A stretch of DNA of 64,000 nt from Syntrophales bacterium (GTDB taxonomy: Bacteria > Desulfobacterota > Syntrophia > Syntrophales > UBA6807): assembly GCA_040767195.1 (NCBI GenBank), contig JAXGPA010000001.1, forward strand, positions 288,001 to 352,000. Reading direction: 5' to 3'. The translations under genes and the position numbers were made by a program. Within the stretch, counting starts at the first letter, position 1. Each line of letters starts with the position of its first letter. The notes below the pieces were generated by a model, which had not been told where the DNA came from, did not search any database, and saw nothing but the letters and a program-made list of their open reading frames with translations. Shown here piece by piece: positions 28,725 through 38,202 of this stretch.

Positions 28725-29882
28725 ATGAACTTTGAATTGACTGAAATCCAGAGGATGATCCAGGAAACGGCCCGGAACTTCGCCAGAAACGAGCTGGAGC
28801 CGGTAGCCGCCAAGCTGGACGAGACGGACGACCGGGAGACCTTTCTGAAAAACCTGAAGAAACTCGCCGACCTCGGTCTCATGGGTATCAACGTGAAGGC
28901 CGATTACGGCGGGTCGGAGGCGGGGGTCGTCTCTTTCAGCCTCGCCATGACGGAAATCGGCCGGGCCTGCGCGTCCACGGGCGTCACCATGTCGGTGAAC
29001 AACATGGTGGCCGAGGTGATCCAGTCCGTGGGTTCGGAGGAACAGAAGCAGAAATACTGCTCGAAAATCTGTTCCGGCGAATATCCCGCTGGCGGATTCG
29101 GCCTCACGGAAACCACCGCCGGTTCCGACCCGGCGGGCATGCGGACCACGGCGATCCTCGACGGGGACACCTGGGTTCTGAACGGCAACAAGATCTTCAT
29201 CACCAGCGCCGAGTACGCCGGCGTCTTCGTGTGCTGGGCCGTGTCGGACAAGACGGCGCCGAAAGGCCGGGGCATCAGCTGTTTCCTCGTGGAACAGGGC
29301 GATCCCGGTTTCCAGGTGGGCCGGGCGGAGCACAAGATGGGACAGCACGCCTCGGTGACGAACGAACTCGTCTTCGACAACTGCCGGATCCCCAAGAACC
29401 GGCTCATGAGCAAACCCAACGACGGCTTCCGCATCGCCCTGGGCGAGCTTGCCGGCGGCCGGATCGGCATCGGCTCCCTGGGACTGGGCATCGGGCTTGC
29501 CGCCATCGAGTACGCCGTCAAGTACGCCAAGGAAAGAGTGCAGTTCGGCCAGCCCATCGCCAATTTCCAGGCCATTCAGTGGATGATCGCCGAATCCTTC
29601 ACGGAACTCGAAGCGGCCCGGCTGCTCCTCATGAACGCCGCCTTCAAGAAGGAAAACGGCCAGCCTTTCGCCCGGGCGGCATCCATGGCCAAGTACTATG
29701 CCACGGAAGCGGCGGAGCGGGCCTGCTACAACGCCATCCAGATTCTTGGCGGTTACGGCTACACGCGGGAGTTCCCCGTGGAGCGGTTCTATCGGGACGT
29801 CCGGATCACCTCCATTTACGAGGGAACGAACCAGATCCAGCGCCTTGTCGTCGCACGGGACATCCTGGCCAGCCTGGGCTGA
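28725..29882 (+). CDS. Acyl-CoA dehydrogenase (butyryl-CoA dehydrogenase-like)
   Basis: FGLTE..AGSD, LNG.KIFITS, ERVQFGQPI, QILGGYGY, IYEGTNQIQ. Confidence 0.93.
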   Translation: MNFELTEIQRMIQETARNFARNELEPVAAKLDETDDRETFLKNLKKLADLGLMGINVKADYGGSEAGVVSFSLAMTEIGRACASTGVTMSVNNMVAEVIQSVGSEEQKQKYCSKICSGEYPAGGFGLTETTAGSDPAGMRTTAILDGDTWVLNGNKIFITSAEYAGVFVCWAVSDKTAPKGRGISCFLVEQGDPGFQVGRAEHKMGQHASVTNELVFDNCRIPKNRLMSKPNDGFRIALGELAGGRIGIGSLGLGIGLAAIEYAVKYAKERVQFGQPIANFQAIQWMIAESFTELEAARLLLMNAAFKKENGQPFARAASMAKYYATEAAERACYNAIQILGGYGYTREFPVERFYRDVRITSIYEGTNQIQRLVVARDILASLG

Positions 29883-30147
29883 TCGGAAAAGCGGAAACTT
29901 TCCCCTCCCGGAGGGGAGCAGCGGAAGCTTTGAAAAATCTCTCCTGAGGGGGCGCGGGCAAGCGAAAGGAATCAGGAAGTTTTTCAAAGCTTCTTTTTTT
30001 ATCCTGATCATGAATTCCGGAATAACCCTCGGGGCGTTACCCCCGGGGGGACCGTAAGCGAAAGAAGGGAGGTGAAAGGAAAAACACACTGGGGAAGGCG
30101 TTCCAGGACATGCACGGGATTTAAAATTCAAGGAAGGAGGGAATTTT

Positions 30148-31476
30148 ATGCCCGCAGTCTTCAAAGATTACGTGAAGAAGAAGTTCGCCAGGCCGGGACC
30201 CCTGAAAGGTCTCCGGGTTTTGGAAGTCTGTACCCTTCTCTTCGGTCCGTCGGGACCCTCGTTTCTCGGTGAAATGGGGGCGGAAGTGATCAAGATCGAA
30301 CTCCCCCCCGCGGGAGACGTGACCCGGTCGCTGAATCCCTTCGGATGGCTCTACCGGGAGCAGGGTCCCATGTTCATGCACATCAACCCCAACAAGTATT
30401 ACATGGCCCTGGATCTCCACATCGACATCGCCCAGCAGATATTCAAGGAGCTGTGCGCCAAGTCGGACATCGTCGAGTTCAATCTCCGGCCCGCCGTGAC
30501 GAATCGGTGGAACATCGGGTACGAGGACATCCGGAAAGTCAATCCCAGCATCATCTACATCGAGAAAAACGGCTTCGGCCAGTGGGGCCGGTACGCCGAG
30601 GAGGACCGTCCCTCCAACGACGGCGCCGCCCAGGCCCTGTCCGGGTATGCCTGGATGTCAAGCTTCCCGAACCAGCCCCCCCTCAAGCAGTCCATCTGGA
30701 TCTGTGACTATTACGGCGGACTGATGGGGGAGGTGGCCGTTCTCGCGGCCCTTCACCACCGGAAAAAAACGGGGAAAGGCCAGTACATCGAGATGTCCCA
30801 GAGCGAGAACATCATGCGCACCATGGGGTGGATCTGGCCCTACCAGCAGCTGACCGGGAAAGGGGCGGAACCGTCGGGCAACCGGGACCAGTGCATCTGT
30901 CCCGCCGATACCTTCCTGTGCAAGGACAACCGGTTCGTCGCCCTGGCGGCGCCGGCGCCGGCCGAGTTCAAGGCTCTCTGCCAGGCCATGGGCAAACCGG
31001 AACTCGCCGAGGATCCCCGGTTCAAGGATCACGAAACCCGGCTGAAAGACGAAAACGCCCTGGCCATCCTCAAAATTATCGCCGACTGGGCCAGGACCCT
31101 GACAGCCGACGACATCGAGGCCCTGGGCGTCCGTCACGGCTTTTCCGCCAGCCGCCTCCACAACGCCAAGGACATGAACGAAAACCCCCACCGGAAAGAA
31201 CGGGACTTCGTAAAGCACATCGACGACCCCCTCTACGGCCGGTACGCCGAGCACTGCTTCCCCGTCATGATGTCCAAGACGCCCCCCAAGATCAAGTGGA
31301 CGGTGAGGCCCGTCGGTTTCGACAACGAGTACATCATGATGGATATCCTCGGGAGGAGCCGCTCCCAGATCAGCGAACTTTACACCCACGGTGTCCTCGG
31401 AAAATGGAAGGACATGCAGGGTCGCCGCCCCCCGAAGGAGTGGGACGGGAAAACCGGGGCTATCCTGAGGGGTTGA
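30148..31476 (+). CDS. Class III (CaiB/BaiF) CoA-transferase, catalytic-type subunit
   Basis: PLKGLRVLE, GAEVIKIE.P..GD, NKY..ALDL, conserved Asp in ICDYYGG. Confidence 0.88.
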   Translation: MPAVFKDYVKKKFARPGPLKGLRVLEVCTLLFGPSGPSFLGEMGAEVIKIELPPAGDVTRSLNPFGWLYREQGPMFMHINPNKYYMALDLHIDIAQQIFKELCAKSDIVEFNLRPAVTNRWNIGYEDIRKVNPSIIYIEKNGFGQWGRYAEEDRPSNDGAAQALSGYAWMSSFPNQPPLKQSIWICDYYGGLMGEVAVLAALHHRKKTGKGQYIEMSQSENIMRTMGWIWPYQQLTGKGAEPSGNRDQCICPADTFLCKDNRFVALAAPAPAEFKALCQAMGKPELAEDPRFKDHETRLKDENALAILKIIADWARTLTADDIEALGVRHGFSASRLHNAKDMNENPHRKERDFVKHIDDPLYGRYAEHCFPVMMSKTPPKIKWTVRPVGFDNEYIMMDILGRSRSQISELYTHGVLGKWKDMQGRRPPKEWDGKTGAILRG

Positions 31477-31488
31477 GGAGGTGGAACC

Positions 31489-32838
31489 ATGACAGACTAC
31501 AAAAGAGCGAAATGGGCCCAGTGGGCCGATTACATCCGTTCCCTGGATGACCCGGCCAAAAATTTCGAAAAGCCCGAAGCCCTGGACGACCTGGTTGTCA
31601 TCGACATCAGCTCGCGGAGCATGGCCGGCTGTTACTGTTCCTCCCTCCTGGCGGAACTCGGGGCGGAAACCATCCGCATCGAGCCCCCCGGCGGGGACCT
31701 GGTCCGGACTTACTCCCCCGGTGGAATCATGGAAAAAGGGACAGGCTTCGCCTACCTTCAGGAAGGGCGGAACAAGTACCACGTCACCCTCGACCTGGAA
31801 AAGGAGGAAGGGCGGGAAATCTTCAAACAGCTCATCGGTTCCGCCGATGTTCTCATCGAAACCTACCCGGCAGGGCAGATGGACGACTGGGGGCTCGGCT
31901 ACGATGTCCTCAGCCAGTTGAACCCGAGACTTCTCTACGCCTCCATCACCCTTCACGGCCAGTTCGGTCCGGAAAGCGAATGGAGGCAGTACGATTACGA
32001 CAACGTGTCCCAGGCCCGGTCGGGAATCCAGTACGGAACCGGCGAAGTTCTCCCCGAAGGGAAAACGGTCGACGACATGCCCTGGGCCGTCCCGACCAAG
32101 GCTGGACCCTGGATCGCCTGGTCCGTGTCGGGAACCTTTGCCGCCCTGGGAATCCTGGCGGCCCTTTATCACCGGGAATTGACCGGTGAGGGGCAGGCCA
32201 TCGACGTCTCCACGCCGGAAGCTTACCAGAGGCTTCACGATTACGCCCTGCACTGGTATGCCGATCAGGGGGTCATCCAGGAACGGTTCAGCAACCTGGA
32301 CACGGCGCTCTGGCTTTACGGCTTCTTCCCCACCAAGGACGGCGGCGTTTTTCTCGGGGGACTCCGGCTGGAAATGTGGAAGGCCTTCGTGGACATCCTG
32401 GGGAAGTGGGATGAGTGGAAGGCTGACGAGTGGACCACCCTGGCGCCCTTCATGAAAAAGGACTGGCAGCTCAAGTACCAGGCCATGATCAACCCCCTTA
32501 CGGAACAATACACGAGCCGGGAGCTGACACAGAAATCGGTCGACTACGCCAAGAGCGGCCGCCTGGCCCCCATCACCCCCGTGGTGGCGGAAATCGTGTC
32601 CCCCTGGAAAACCATGCACGATGAAAACTGGATCGATCGGGGAATGTTCACACCCGTCCAGGACCCCCTGTACGGCTCGGTGATCTGCGCCCAGTCCCAG
32701 TGGAAAGGCACGGAAACGCCGCCGCGGACCAAGTGGGTCTGCCGGCCGGCGGGCTATGACAATGACTTCATTTACCTGAGATATCTGGGCCTTGGACCTG
32801 TCCGGTTAAGCGAGCTGCAGGAAAAAGGGATCCTGTAA
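31489..32838 (+). CDS. Class III CoA-transferase partner subunit (catalytic Asp apparently replaced)
   Basis: ALDDLVVID, LGAETIRIEPP.GD, RNKY.VTLDL; IAWSVSG at the Asp position. Confidence 0.82.
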   Translation: MTDYKRAKWAQWADYIRSLDDPAKNFEKPEALDDLVVIDISSRSMAGCYCSSLLAELGAETIRIEPPGGDLVRTYSPGGIMEKGTGFAYLQEGRNKYHVTLDLEKEEGREIFKQLIGSADVLIETYPAGQMDDWGLGYDVLSQLNPRLLYASITLHGQFGPESEWRQYDYDNVSQARSGIQYGTGEVLPEGKTVDDMPWAVPTKAGPWIAWSVSGTFAALGILAALYHRELTGEGQAIDVSTPEAYQRLHDYALHWYADQGVIQERFSNLDTALWLYGFFPTKDGGVFLGGLRLEMWKAFVDILGKWDEWKADEWTTLAPFMKKDWQLKYQAMINPLTEQYTSRELTQKSVDYAKSGRLAPITPVVAEIVSPWKTMHDENWIDRGMFTPVQDPLYGSVICAQSQWKGTETPPRTKWVCRPAGYDNDFIYLRYLGLGPVRLSELQEKGIL

Positions 32839-32844
32839 AAAAGA

Positions 32845-32876
32845 CAGGGGAAGGGGCGGCTCCGCCCCTTCCCCTG
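32845..32876. terminator. Strong GC-rich hairpin, probable terminator
   Basis: CAGGGGAAGGGGCG / CGCCCCTTCCCCTG inverted repeat just after the stop, flanked by A runs. Confidence 0.65.
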
Positions 32877-33097
32877 AAAAATTCGTGGCCCCGCAATTTT
32901 CGTCTTGCGTAACTGGTGGAAATTTTATAAGATCGCGAGAAATAGGAGATCAAAACGAGGCAGACCGGGATTTTGGTAAAAAAAGCACATTCAAAGGCTT
33001 GACAAATAAATGAAATTCATATTGTATTAATTTCTGCTTGAAAAATCGCACCGGGAACCGGGGCCCAGATGAAGACCGGAAAGGAAGGTAAGGCAAG

Positions 33098-33379
33098 ATG
33101 ACCCTGACAAAAGCGGAGCTCGTGAAAAACGTTCACACCTACACGGGGTTTTCCAAGGAGCGCTGCACCGAGCTTGTAGAAAGCGTCTTCGACCTGGTTA
33201 AACAGGAGCTCGAATCGGGAAACGACATCCTGATCTCCGGGTTCGGCAAGTGGTCCGTCAAGAGCAAGAACCCCCGGAAGGGGAGAAACCCGCAGACAGG
33301 CGAGGAACTGATCCTATCCTCCCGTAAAGTCGTGACATTTAAATGTTCAAGAAAATTGAAGGAAAGCATTAACGAATAG
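33098..33379 (+). CDS. ihfA: Integration host factor alpha-like protein
   Basis: MTLTKAEL, ISGFGKW.V..K..RKGRNPQTGE, RKVVTFKCS. Possibly a paralog. Confidence 0.82.
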   Translation: MTLTKAELVKNVHTYTGFSKERCTELVESVFDLVKQELESGNDILISGFGKWSVKSKNPRKGRNPQTGEELILSSRKVVTFKCSRKLKESINE

Positions 33380-33546
33380 TTATTGTGATAAAATAGTTTG
33401 CAATGTCTTGAAAATACATGTAATAAAGCTAAAGGAGATTCCTCGATAGAAAGAGTTAGAAGCTGAAAGCCTTTTTAAAAGAGTCGTGGCGATGAATTAC
33501 ATGCTTCATAATTCTTAGCCTGCCTATTAAAGGATGGCGGTGGGCG

Positions 33547-35649
33547 TTGTTAATGGAGAAATTTGTATTACTCCAGGAAAGAAGCGGGCATGTAACCCAC
33601 GTGGATGATTCAAGTCATCTATGCCCGCCACCATACGTTTTCAAACACAAGGACCTTATCGCCTCTTTGGATTCAGCCAAGAGGGTCGCATTACCAAAAC
33701 TCATCAACACCATAAACTTCCTGCACTTTAGTGAATCAATCGTCTGGGTGTATCTGCTTCACACGGAATATGAAGAAGGCATCCTCTTGCGGGCTTCCCT
33801 CAAACCCTGCACAGGCGGTGAACTGACCTGCAACTGGGCTGAAAATGTCATCACAAAACTGAATCTACACGATTTTCACTTTCAATACATCATTCTTTCC
33901 GACGGTCAATCCATCATTTTCATACCCGGACGACTTTTACGAGTCGATCTCACGGGGCTCACCATTTCCCTGCCTGAAGTGAGCTATAACATCTCAAGAA
34001 GAAAACACAGGCGATACGACTGCTGCGACATCAGCATGGAGATTTTTCAAAACGGCATCTATTTGAAGGGCATCCTCGTCGACTTTACCGCCATTGCCTT
34101 CCGGGTCCGAATCTTTCCAAATTCCACATCGTCCTTCATTGGATTCAACGCGGAGGAAACGGCTACAGTCAATCTCAAAAAGCGGGACTACATATTCTTT
34201 TCCAGTAACTGCCAGTTGATCAGACAATCAAATGACATCTTCGGCAGAGAAATGGTTTTCGCCCCCACGGATAGTAAAATTTCGCGATTCAGGAAAGCAA
34301 AAATCAGGAGCCCCCGCTATCAACTGAGCCCTCCGCCGTCCATTATCTTCAATCATCCATTTTTTGGAGCAAGGCTTCAGCGGGAAATTCTTGACATCTC
34401 GAATTCCGGTTTTTCCGTTATCGAGCGAGACGAAGACAGTGTCCTGATGCCGGGGATGATCATTCCAAGATTGAAAATTGTTTTTTCCGGTTCCATCAGT
34501 GTCGAATGCAAGGTCCAGGTTATTTATCGGAAAACGCTTGATGACACAGAAAGGATACGATGTGGAATCGCGATATTGGATATGGATCTGGAAGATTTCA
34601 GTACTCTGAATCAGATTCTAAGCCAGTCAAGGGATCACTTTTCAAATGTCTCGTCCTCTGTCGATCTGAATGCCCTGTGGGAGTTCTTTTTCGATTCCAA
34701 TTTCATATATCCGGACAAATACAAATTCATCCATAATAACAAACAAGAGTACAAGGAAACTTACAAGAAACTCTACCAGAGTAAGCCCGAGATCGCCAAA
34801 CACTTTACATATGAGTCGGAAGGAAAAATTTACGGACATATCGCGATGGTCCGGGCTTACGAATATTCGTGGATGATACACCATTACGCATCAAGGGCAA
34901 TGGATAGGCGACTGGTCGGTTTCGTAATTCTCAAGGAAATCCTGAAATACATCAATGGAGCCTACAGACTGGCTTCCGCTAATATGTGCTATCTCATGAC
35001 CTATTTCAGGGCCAGCAACAAAATAATTGATCGCGTTTTTGGAGGGTACAGCAGAGAGCTAAACCTAAGTAAGGGGTGTTCGGTTGACGCATTTGCATAC
35101 TATGTTCATCACAAGAGCGACGAAAACGCCTTTCTGCCTCCCGAATGGGAGCTGAGACGCTCGACTCAGGTTGATCTCTGGCACGTCGAGAAGTTTTACA
35201 CCCATTCGTCAAACGGGCTTTATATCCAATCTTTAGGCTTGGGCAACGGAGAATCGAAATCGGGTTCCCTCGCCACAAAGTACAAGAACCATGGCTTCAA
35301 GAGAAATCTGTCCCTATTTTCTCTGACTTTCCGAAAGGAACCGGCGGCTCTCATCGCCATCGATCAATCCGACATCGGTTTCAATCTTTCAAATCTTCTG
35401 AATGGCTTTAAAATCATCATACTGGATACGGAAGCCGTGAAATGGGATATTCTGAAAATGGTCATGCAGAATTTATCACGGTTTTTCGATGTTTCGGACA
35501 TTCCAGCGTTGATTTATCCGTACGATTATACCCTTACCCACAACTGCCCGATAGAAAAACAGTATAATTTATGGATACTCGATGTGGCCGGTTACGGAAA
35601 CGACTTTCTGAGTTATATGGAGAAACATTTCAGGATCAGGCTGGACTGA
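33547..35649 (+). CDS. Tandem PilZ-domain protein with uncharacterised ~340-aa C-terminal region (possibly GNAT/acyltransferase-like)
   Basis: RRKHRRY...DFTAIAF and IRSPRY...DISNSGFSV PilZ-like signatures; C-terminal LWEFFF.SNFIYP.KY and GHIAMVRAYE.SWMIHH. AT-rich; start may be ATG 33553. Confidence 0.7.
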   Translation: MLMEKFVLLQERSGHVTHVDDSSHLCPPPYVFKHKDLIASLDSAKRVALPKLINTINFLHFSESIVWVYLLHTEYEEGILLRASLKPCTGGELTCNWAENVITKLNLHDFHFQYIILSDGQSIIFIPGRLLRVDLTGLTISLPEVSYNISRRKHRRYDCCDISMEIFQNGIYLKGILVDFTAIAFRVRIFPNSTSSFIGFNAEETATVNLKKRDYIFFSSNCQLIRQSNDIFGREMVFAPTDSKISRFRKAKIRSPRYQLSPPPSIIFNHPFFGARLQREILDISNSGFSVIERDEDSVLMPGMIIPRLKIVFSGSISVECKVQVIYRKTLDDTERIRCGIAILDMDLEDFSTLNQILSQSRDHFSNVSSSVDLNALWEFFFDSNFIYPDKYKFIHNNKQEYKETYKKLYQSKPEIAKHFTYESEGKIYGHIAMVRAYEYSWMIHHYASRAMDRRLVGFVILKEILKYINGAYRLASANMCYLMTYFRASNKIIDRVFGGYSRELNLSKGCSVDAFAYYVHHKSDENAFLPPEWELRRSTQVDLWHVEKFYTHSSNGLYIQSLGLGNGESKSGSLATKYKNHGFKRNLSLFSLTFRKEPAALIAIDQSDIGFNLSNLLNGFKIIILDTEAVKWDILKMVMQNLSRFFDVSDIPALIYPYDYTLTHNCPIEKQYNLWILDVAGYGNDFLSYMEKHFRIRLD

Positions 35650-35814
35650 CACCAGGGGAAACCCAACCTTTTTTGTGCTTCGCAATTCCTGAGAAAATTT
35701 TTAATTGACAGAGATAGTCCCTGAAAGGGTATGGTATCGGACTGTCCCGAACATACTCCCGACATTTCACCGCAATCAGAGAAACGATGCCAGGAGTGGC
35801 CGTGATGACTGGGC

Positions 35815-37163
35815 GGTCATGTCAATAAATGTTTGCAATTTCGGGTAACGGGTTCATCGACATCCCCGGTTCATGCCGCCTTTTTCAGCAATCCTCGCTG
35901 TTCTTCTATAAGTGACTGTTTGATATAGCATTTACCGGTAGACCAATCTTCGCTGTACTCGATGAGATAGCAGGTAACAAGCCGAACATAAGCGTCCATG
36001 CCGGGGAAGATGCCGACGACCCTTGACCGTCTTCGAATCTCCCGGTTCAGGCGCTCAAGTATATTGGTGGAACTGATCTTCCGGTGATCGAAACAGGGGA
36101 ATGCCAGGAACTGCAGGGCATCCTCCAGGCCCTCATCAAGGACTCCGATGGCCTGGGGAAAACGGTCCCGGTACTGATCCATCAGCATCCGGGCCGTCTG
36201 AAGAGCCGTTTCCTTTGTGGGCTGCAGCCAGATAGCCTTCAGCTTTGCGGCAAAGGATGCTTTCTCCTTGTGTGGCACATGGGCCAGGATGTTCCGCATA
36301 AAATGGACCTTGCACCTCTGCCAGCTGCATCCCAGAAAAGCCTTCTTAACGGCCTTCCGGAGCCCCTTGTGGGCATCGGAAACACAAAGCCAGACCCTCT
36401 CCAACCCCCGTTCCTTCAAGTTGTCAAAAAGGATGCGATACGTCTCTTCCGATTCGTTCATCATGGGCTCGCAGGCCAGGATCTCCCGGCGGCCTTCCAG
36501 GGTGACGCCGGCAACAACTAAAACGGCCATGCTGACTACCCGGCCATCAAAACGGATCTTCTCATAGAGGGCATCCACCCAGATGACAGGATATTCACTC
36601 TCCAGGGGACGGGTTCGAAACCGGGTGATCTGCTCATCGAGCTCCTTCGTCATCACCGAGACCTGGCCCGCCGAGATCCCCTCGATACCCAATGACCGGG
36701 CCAGGCGCTCCATCTTCCGGGTGGACACGCCGTTGATGAAGGCTTCCTGAACCACCTGGATCAGGGCCTGCTCCGACCGTTTCTTCTCTGTCACGAAAAA
36801 GGGGATGTATCCCCCTTGTCGAACCTTCGGAACCAGAAGATACAGAGTTCCCAGACGGGTGTCGAACCGCCGGACACGGGTCCCCGAAAAATGGGTCGTC
36901 CGATCCGATGTATGCTTCCCCTTGGCCGCTCCTACTTTCAGCTCCGCCTCAACCTCCATCATCCGTTCCGTCAGCCACTGGAGCATCGAATACAGCGGAT
37001 CCGACTCCCCCATGAAATGAAGTAGCAATTTCTTGTATGCCGCAGTATCATAATTCCTGGCCATCGCTCTGTCTCCTTTCATTAGTGTTGGGCAAACACC
37101 ATTTTAGGAGATATCGATGGCCTCCTACAATACCTCAAATTGCAAACATTCCCTTACACCACT
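35815..37163 (-). mobile_element. IS256-family insertion sequence, intact
   Basis: Terminal inverted repeats sharing TGT-N5-AATGTTTGCAATTT; target duplication GACTGGGC at 35807-35814 and 37164-37171. Confidence 0.93.
35871..37064 (-). CDS. IS256-family (mutator-type) transposase
   Basis: GVSTRK, VDALYEK, SDAHKGL, QRCKVHF.RN, STN.LERLNREIRRR. Confidence 0.96.
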   Translation of the reverse strand: MARNYDTAAYKKLLLHFMGESDPLYSMLQWLTERMMEVEAELKVGAAKGKHTSDRTTHFSGTRVRRFDTRLGTLYLLVPKVRQGGYIPFFVTEKKRSEQALIQVVQEAFINGVSTRKMERLARSLGIEGISAGQVSVMTKELDEQITRFRTRPLESEYPVIWVDALYEKIRFDGRVVSMAVLVVAGVTLEGRREILACEPMMNESEETYRILFDNLKERGLERVWLCVSDAHKGLRKAVKKAFLGCSWQRCKVHFMRNILAHVPHKEKASFAAKLKAIWLQPTKETALQTARMLMDQYRDRFPQAIGVLDEGLEDALQFLAFPCFDHRKISSTNILERLNREIRRRSRVVGIFPGMDAYVRLVTCYLIEYSEDWSTGKCYIKQSLIEEQRGLLKKAA

Positions 37164-37424
37164 GACTGGGCCCAGGAAAAAACATGTCTTTTTTTAGTTG
37201 TGGCATAAGAAGATAAGTCTGTGTTATTTTGTCACGGGGGATTTTACCTTTTACTTTTACGCTTACGGTTCATGACTAAACATTGTGGTAGAGATACTTT
37301 TAAGTAAAACTTCCGCCAGCAAAAGTATTGCGTTATTTCCGGACCCGAGTTTGATGAGTTGTTTTCTTTGAGATGATAGATTTCCCGCAGCCCCTGTCAG
37401 CCGGAGAAAGCATTCTGAAAGGCC

Positions 37425-38141
37425 ATGGCTCATAACGCGTCAAATGGAGAAAAAGACAGACTGATCCAGCTCCTGTCCAATGCGTTGAACAAGTCGCTGG
37501 ACCTGTCCCTTAACCGGGGAAAGAAGCTGCTTTACTTTTCCTTAGGTTTTCTCACAGGAATTGGCCTGGTCCTTCCTTTTCTGATATCGCTGAACGCCGA
37601 AAGGAGCAGGCTCTTAAGCTACCATTACAGCTACAACAACACCATTCAACAGATGAATGAGCTGAAAACGGAGATCCAGCAATTGTCGCTTCTCGCCGAT
37701 GAGAAAAATACTGTCGATAGAGATTTGAATGATGCGGCTTTCGTCGCAGGGAACACTCCCACATTGGCGCCCCCGGAAAAACGGACCACCTTGGATCTTA
37801 AATTTGAGGTTTTCATTCATTATAAAAGAGACGATTACAAAGAATTGCTTGAAGAACTGTGGGAGCAACTGGGAGAAGCCGCAAATCTGAACGTTCACGG
37901 CATGGAACAGATCAGCCTGAATTTCAGGAAAAATGAGATCCGCTATTTCCGGGAAGCCGACAGAAGAGGCGCCAAAGAGGTTCTATCCTTGATTCATTCT
38001 TTCTTTCATGCCAGAAATAAAGAGGGAAACATCCCAATTTTTGATGTCAGATCCTTTGCCGAGGACTTCCCGAATGCAAGAAAGGGGCTTGTGGAGGTTT
38101 GGATCAGCTCGTTAGGGTCTCTGGCCGATCCTGTGAAATGA
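37425..38141 (+). CDS. Hypothetical membrane-anchored protein (TM, coiled coil, C-terminal LytR_C-like alpha/beta domain)
   Basis: Single TM LLYFSLGFLTGIGLVLPFLI, heptad stretch, then VFIHY...EIRYF..AD..GA...GLVEVWI. Confidence 0.55.
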   Translation: MAHNASNGEKDRLIQLLSNALNKSLDLSLNRGKKLLYFSLGFLTGIGLVLPFLISLNAERSRLLSYHYSYNNTIQQMNELKTEIQQLSLLADEKNTVDRDLNDAAFVAGNTPTLAPPEKRTTLDLKFEVFIHYKRDDYKELLEELWEQLGEAANLNVHGMEQISLNFRKNEIRYFREADRRGAKEVLSLIHSFFHARNKEGNIPIFDVRSFAEDFPNARKGLVEVWISSLGSLADPVK

Positions 38142-38202
38142 ATATATTGAGTATTCGATGAACCAGCTGAGCTGAAATGAGGCGCGAAGACCTATAGTTT
38201 CC

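Noticed and set aside
27684..30164. 826-aa minus-strand ORF and similar long antisense ORFs (30658..32619, 49520..51517, 61485..62969, 12143..13621, 14787..16298)
   Set aside because: Shadow frames opposite well-supported genes in GC-rich DNA, with no recognisable motifs.
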